A DNA stretch of 64,000 nucleotides, taken from assembly GCF_009914755.1 (NCBI RefSeq), contig NC_060930.1; one strand, written 5' to 3'. This DNA is from the human T2T-CHM13v2.0 reference genome, Homo sapiens. Positions 58,956-64,000 of the stretch are shown here, piece after piece (position 1 is the first letter of the stretch; each line of letters opens with the position of its first letter). The notes beneath the pieces are model-generated. The model made no database searches. It saw only the letters and a program-made list of their open reading frames with translations, and had not been told where the DNA came from. Made by a program: the position numbers and the translations under genes.

Positions 58956-60269
58956 TTATTTGTTAATAATAAAGTTAATGTTTATAATTTTTTGTATTGA
59001 GTCTTGTCACTGCCATCACTATTATGTCTACTCCACCAAAAAGCACTAGAAGCTCTCAATTAGAAACAAAGGCACTGGACTACCAGTTTCATTATCTATA
59101 TAATGGGAATATTAGACCAGGTGATTTTTGACTTGCTGTGACTCTGTTTTCTAGGAGAGAATAATGTTCTCTTTTATTGATTTTTGTCTCATGTCAGGAA
59201 GGAGAATAATAAATCCAAAACCAAACTAAAATGGGCTTTCAAAATCACTCTTTTTAAAAATTAAAATATTGAATTAATAAAATGCTCGTTTGCCTTGCTT
59301 AAATATTCTGAATAGTTTCTTAACTATTTCAATGAAAGCATTAAAAAGGTTGTATTTCTGCATTCAATAACAAACTTATCTTTGAAATAGAAAATGGCTT
59401 ATGAAGTTGAAATTAATTTTTTTTTCAATAATTTCCCCAAGTTCTGTAGGTTTTTTTGTTTTTGTTTTGGGTAGTTTTTTCTTTTTTCAAAATAAATTTA
59501 TTTAAATTCCCTTCAAGATAGAAACAAGACTGAATGGCCCACCTAGGAGGTGGGGCAGGCAGGCCTTGGGAGGCACTGAGGCCACTCGGGGTGTTTAGCC
59601 AGATGTCCTTCATACTCCAGCACGTCACACATCATCAGTAGTCATGCCTCTGAAAAACCCTAGAGGGTGCTGTTTTCCTGTTTGTTTTCATCCTTGCCTT
59701 GCCCTCTCAATGAGACAATGAAAAGAACAAAAAAGGAGGGAAGTAGATACATCAGCAACAAAACACAGACTATGTGTTTAAACAAAACATGGACTACATG
59801 TACCCGAGCCCAAGATGACATGGAGTATTGAGTCTCTGTTCCTGTTTGCCAGGTGAGGATGCAGAACCTCAGAGAGATGGGGCACTTAGTCAAGGTCACC
59901 CTGCTAACCATTGGCAATAGAGACAAAGCTAGAATCCAGACCTCAGACACTCAGACCTTCTGTGCTCTACTACATGCCTCCCTCAACAGGTAAAACACAA
60001 TGTCCACCAAGTGGGAGGGCCAAGGTACATGCTTCTGGGTGCACGTTCTCTCTTGCTTATGTGATTTTGTTTCCAAGGAGCAAGGTTGCTGACTGAAAAA
60101 CAGAGATATATTTCAGAAGTGTGTAATTTGCAGGGATTTTTACCTTCTGATTCTACATAGCCCACCCATAAATCACTCCTAATGACTTTGTGTCATTAGC
60201 ACCAACAGAGTTGGTTGCAGTTACTAGATGCAACAGTGATGATGAGACTATTAACGGTGCTGATAATGA

Positions 60270-60470
60270 TGTACAGTTATTGAGCACCCTCTGTGTACCA
60301 TGTACTGTGCTAGGTACTTTGTATACATTGGTTCATCTACTCTTTGCTATAGCCTTATAAAGCATGTATTGTATTTTCTTATTTTATAGATGAGAAAAGT
60401 GAGGATTAGAAGTTTTAAGAAGCTGGCCTATAATTACACAGAAGGGAACTAGATTGTGAAACCAGGTTAA
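60270..60470 (-). mobile_element. MIR SINE
   Basis: ttattgagcaccctctgtgtacca...attttatagatgagaaaagtgagg. Confidence 0.7.
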
Positions 60471-63400
60471 TGTCTTCATTTGCTTATGCACCATGTTCTC
60501 AAATACCTGCAAAGTACAGGAAAAATGATAGGGCTGGTGGTGAGATAGAGAAAGGCTGGAGGTGGTGGAAGTATAACAGGTCAACTTATTTTGGAACTTT
60601 TGTGCTGCCAAATCACATAAGGCAAACTCCTAATGTACTAGGTTCACTTTTTATATTGAGGTGGAGAAAGTTGTTTCAAAGTCAGAGGGTAATTGTAGCA
60701 GTTAGAAGAAGCTAAGTTTAGGAGCCACTTCAGAGTACAGTTCAGGCAACACACACACACAAAATCTGAACTGTGGAGATGGGAAGAAAGGAATGTCCCT
60801 TCACTTGTGCTTCATTTACTTCCTGAGGGCAGCTCATGCACTGTGCTATGTCTCCATTCACCAATGTGAAAAATGAGGAGGGAGGTGGTGCTCTACACTG
60901 AGGTATGGCAAGGAGCTCTCTGTATCTAACTTGCAGAGGGCAGCAGAGTTTATCATTGCATTCTTAAAAGGAGGGACAGCCCACTCTTCAGTTCACAGAT
61001 TCATCGGATGCCAGTCAGCCTGCTGTGTGCAATGTCCTCTGCTGTGTGTTGTGGGGTAGGCGAAGTTGGATAAGATGCATTGCCTGCTTCCATATGCTTG
61101 TGGGAGAAAAGAAACAACTACAATGCTGGGAGCAAAATAGTGCCTGGTATCTACCTGCGGAGCTGCCCAAATTCAAAAGCAGCCATTAGCACAGTAGTCA
61201 CCCATGAGGGTCTCTGTGGTAGTCACCTGTGAATGCTTCAAAGGTTCTTTCCTTGGAAGATGCCATCTGTTGTGGCTTGAAGTTTTACAAAGGGTTCCTT
61301 GCTCCAGTTGAGGCTTTTTGACTAATAAAAAAGGAAAATACCTTGATAAAAATAACCACCTCAGATCATATTTATTCCCTGGAATGACTGCACTTGACAG
61401 GCTCTTTTCCGAGAGTAGTACCCAAAGAGGGTACATAAAGAGGGGAGAACAAGGAAGGGGAAAACAAGAAGTAGTGGAGGGAAATGGTGGCTTTGGAAAG
61501 AGATTTTACCTGTATCATCACTTGGTTTAAGACCAGGCCTGTCCAGAAATTTACATAAATTTGGAAATTTTGCACTGTGGATTTGAGTTATTTGCTTTCA
61601 GTATTGTTACAAACCTTCAGGGCAAAGGTAAAATGGAAATGGAGATTTGGTGATCTTTTGCTTCACATCTGGAGAGCAGACCCGCTTGACAGTGGCAGGA
61701 ATGTAGGTTTCTTGGGGTGAGCCTGGATGAAAATGCTTCTGGGAACTTACTTCTCTAACTAAACAGTCATCTATTTTTCTTATATGATTTGGGGGCCATA
61801 GAGTGACTGAAGATGAAAAAGAATGCATATTCAGCTACTTGTAGGATTATAACACAATTAATGAAAGTTACAATCTAAACTATATCCTACTGAAGACAAA
61901 GAAAGTGAAAGAACAATAGCTCAAATTCAAAATGTATCTTGATCCATCACCTGACAATGAGAATCAAATTAATAACTCTCTCATAAATCATCAGAGGTTA
62001 TGGGAGATTCATCTCCTGTGTTTGAGGCCTTCATTCTTGAGCACTCAGCTCCTCCAGAAGCGGCTGGCATCTAGCATGCTTGCCATAAATAAATCATTCT
62101 TAGCTTGCTGACCTGGAGCAGTGAGTGGGCCGTAGTCCCCCACCACACCCGCTCTCCTCTGAGAGTAAAATGCCCTGTTGCATTTTTAATACCACCCTAA
62201 GACTCTGTGTCAAGTTTCCACAAAGTTTGCCAGAGGAATTAGCTTCCTCTTTTTAATAGGCAGTTCCAAGAGGTCAGAAGATAAACAAGTTTGAAAACAA
62301 TTACATTTTTTTTAAATCACTTGATCCAACATACCGCATCTTGCATTTTCAGAAAAGATTGGCTTCTATAATTTTACCACCTGGTACAACATATTGAAAT
62401 GTACTTTATTTAACACAATAACCACCGAGTTATTATTATTTTTCTTGCTTCCTTTCCTTCCTTCCTTTTGCAATGTGGGAACTGCCTGCCCAGGGGAATA
62501 TGACTCACCCTGGATTGACTCAGAGTATATATGACTTCATGAAACACCACAGAGTGAGGGCAGAGAGTCACTGGCCCATTCTCCATGATGCTGGTTGCCA
62601 AGAAACCATTGGCCTTCTAGGTAACAAGATGGTCTACCTGTCTTTTGGGGTTGTTCATGGAAGTTTACTTAGTGTCTGTGTATCTATGGCTCCCTGTTTG
62701 ATCAAACAAGACACGTGAATAAGAAAGCAGTAAGCCAGAGAGGAACTTATTTAATCATTATTCAAAGTCAAAATAATTTTATCTTTAAACAACTATACCT
62801 ACTTTTTAAATTTAGTAAATTATTACAAATTATAAATATTTTTTATTTTTTATATCTTATAAAGTTCCAATTATGCCATATTACTAATTGGTATTTACCA
62901 AAATACAGCTATCTTCCACATCTTATTCTCTTCTATGAAATAGTATTCATGCAATTTTGAACATGTTCCAGTCATTGGAAGCACTGGCTAAGGAACGCAC
63001 ATGAACATAAGCATTTGGTATTATTATTTTTCAAATACAAGTTTTGACAATCGCCTTACCTGTGTAAAGGCAGGTGCAATCACTTTGGGGCATGGGATTG
63101 GGGAGCTGGGGCTGAGGAGAGGGTGCCAGAATTACTCCATAGTTACCCAAACCATCTTCTCCAGTAGGACTTTGGTGAAACATTAGTTTGGATTGAAAGT
63201 ACAGAAACAAAGTGGACTAGATTCCAGAGATGAAACTTGCCTTGCTTACCCCTGAGTAATGCTTCTTCTAACTGATGTGTAACTTTTCCTCTTGGGGTTT
63301 TAGTTCCCTCCACTATGTAATGAAGACAATCTCTAAGGTTCCTTTCTCCTCCTCTGATAGCTTCTGCTGCCATCTTATCTGCCTCACTTAAGGACCTTCC

Positions 63401-64000
63401 TAGTTACAGTAAAATCAACAGCAAAACAAGCTCATCAATTCCACCTCAATGGAAACAAAAGAAACGAAATGAAGTGTCAGTACCATTTCCCAAAACCAAC
63501 CAGTGACTGTTGACTAACAGTGCAAAGAGAGTGGGAAATGGTCAAAAGTCTCTTTAACATCAGACCACCTGGTACTGCCTTTTCTGAGATTAGACATTTT
63601 ACTTAGAAAAGCCTGTATGGTCAATTCAGTGTGGTCACTTAAGAGACCCCATCATTCATGTGAAACTTGCTTTTTACTTTCAGATGGGTGTATACCATGA
63701 TGATTTTGATAAAGTCCACTTGAAACCATGTCCATTTCTGTTTAGAGTAGTTTTAGCACTCTTTCTATTAATAACAGTCATCTCCTTAAATAGAAGCCTG
63801 TGTCAGCGAAGTCTAACTACACAGGAGGTGTTTGTTCCTAACAGACATGCACAGGGGCCAGCGGAGATGACCAGTCCTCACTGCATGCCTGGAGGAAGTG
63901 TGGTGCCCAAGATGGCTCAACCATCATTGATTTGACAATTTAATAATCACGATGGTGGAAACAATCTGTGTCCATTTATCTGGTTAGTATAGGAAGAAGC

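Overview
Human genomic DNA; the human-specific AluYb9 insertion supports this assignment. The window covers part of the CLIC5 locus (chloride intracellular channel 5), transcribed on the minus strand. The only supportable protein-coding sequence is the first coding exon of the short isoform CLIC5A (32568-32630, MTDSATANGDDRDPEIELFVK, then a GTAGGT donor), inside a CpG-island promoter at about 32200-33120. Sequence to the left is CLIC5A intron 1. Sequence to the right is upstream of 1A and, from known gene structure, lies in intron 1 of the long isoform CLIC5B, whose first exon is not in the window. The rest is mostly a mosaic of transposable elements (L1, L2, MIR, Alu, MaLR/ERVL LTRs, Tigger and hAT fossils) and simple repeats. 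Highlights: (1) a ~130-bp inverted repeat, ~88% identical, around a 611-bp spacer in intron 1 that I cannot assign to a known element; (2) an ancient full-length U6 snRNA fused directly to an L1MD-type LINE, which now hosts a consensus-identical AluYb9; (3) a CLIC5A leader with a start-stop uORF, an in-frame 3-codon uORF and a Kozak-context GTG; (4) a 152-bp pure-purine minisatellite beside the promoter; (5) a twin-primed L1PA element; (6) a fossil RTE-clade reverse transcriptase fragment. I found no evidence for a novel multi-gene system. Repeat subfamily calls are from memory of consensus sequences and boundaries of old elements are approximate.
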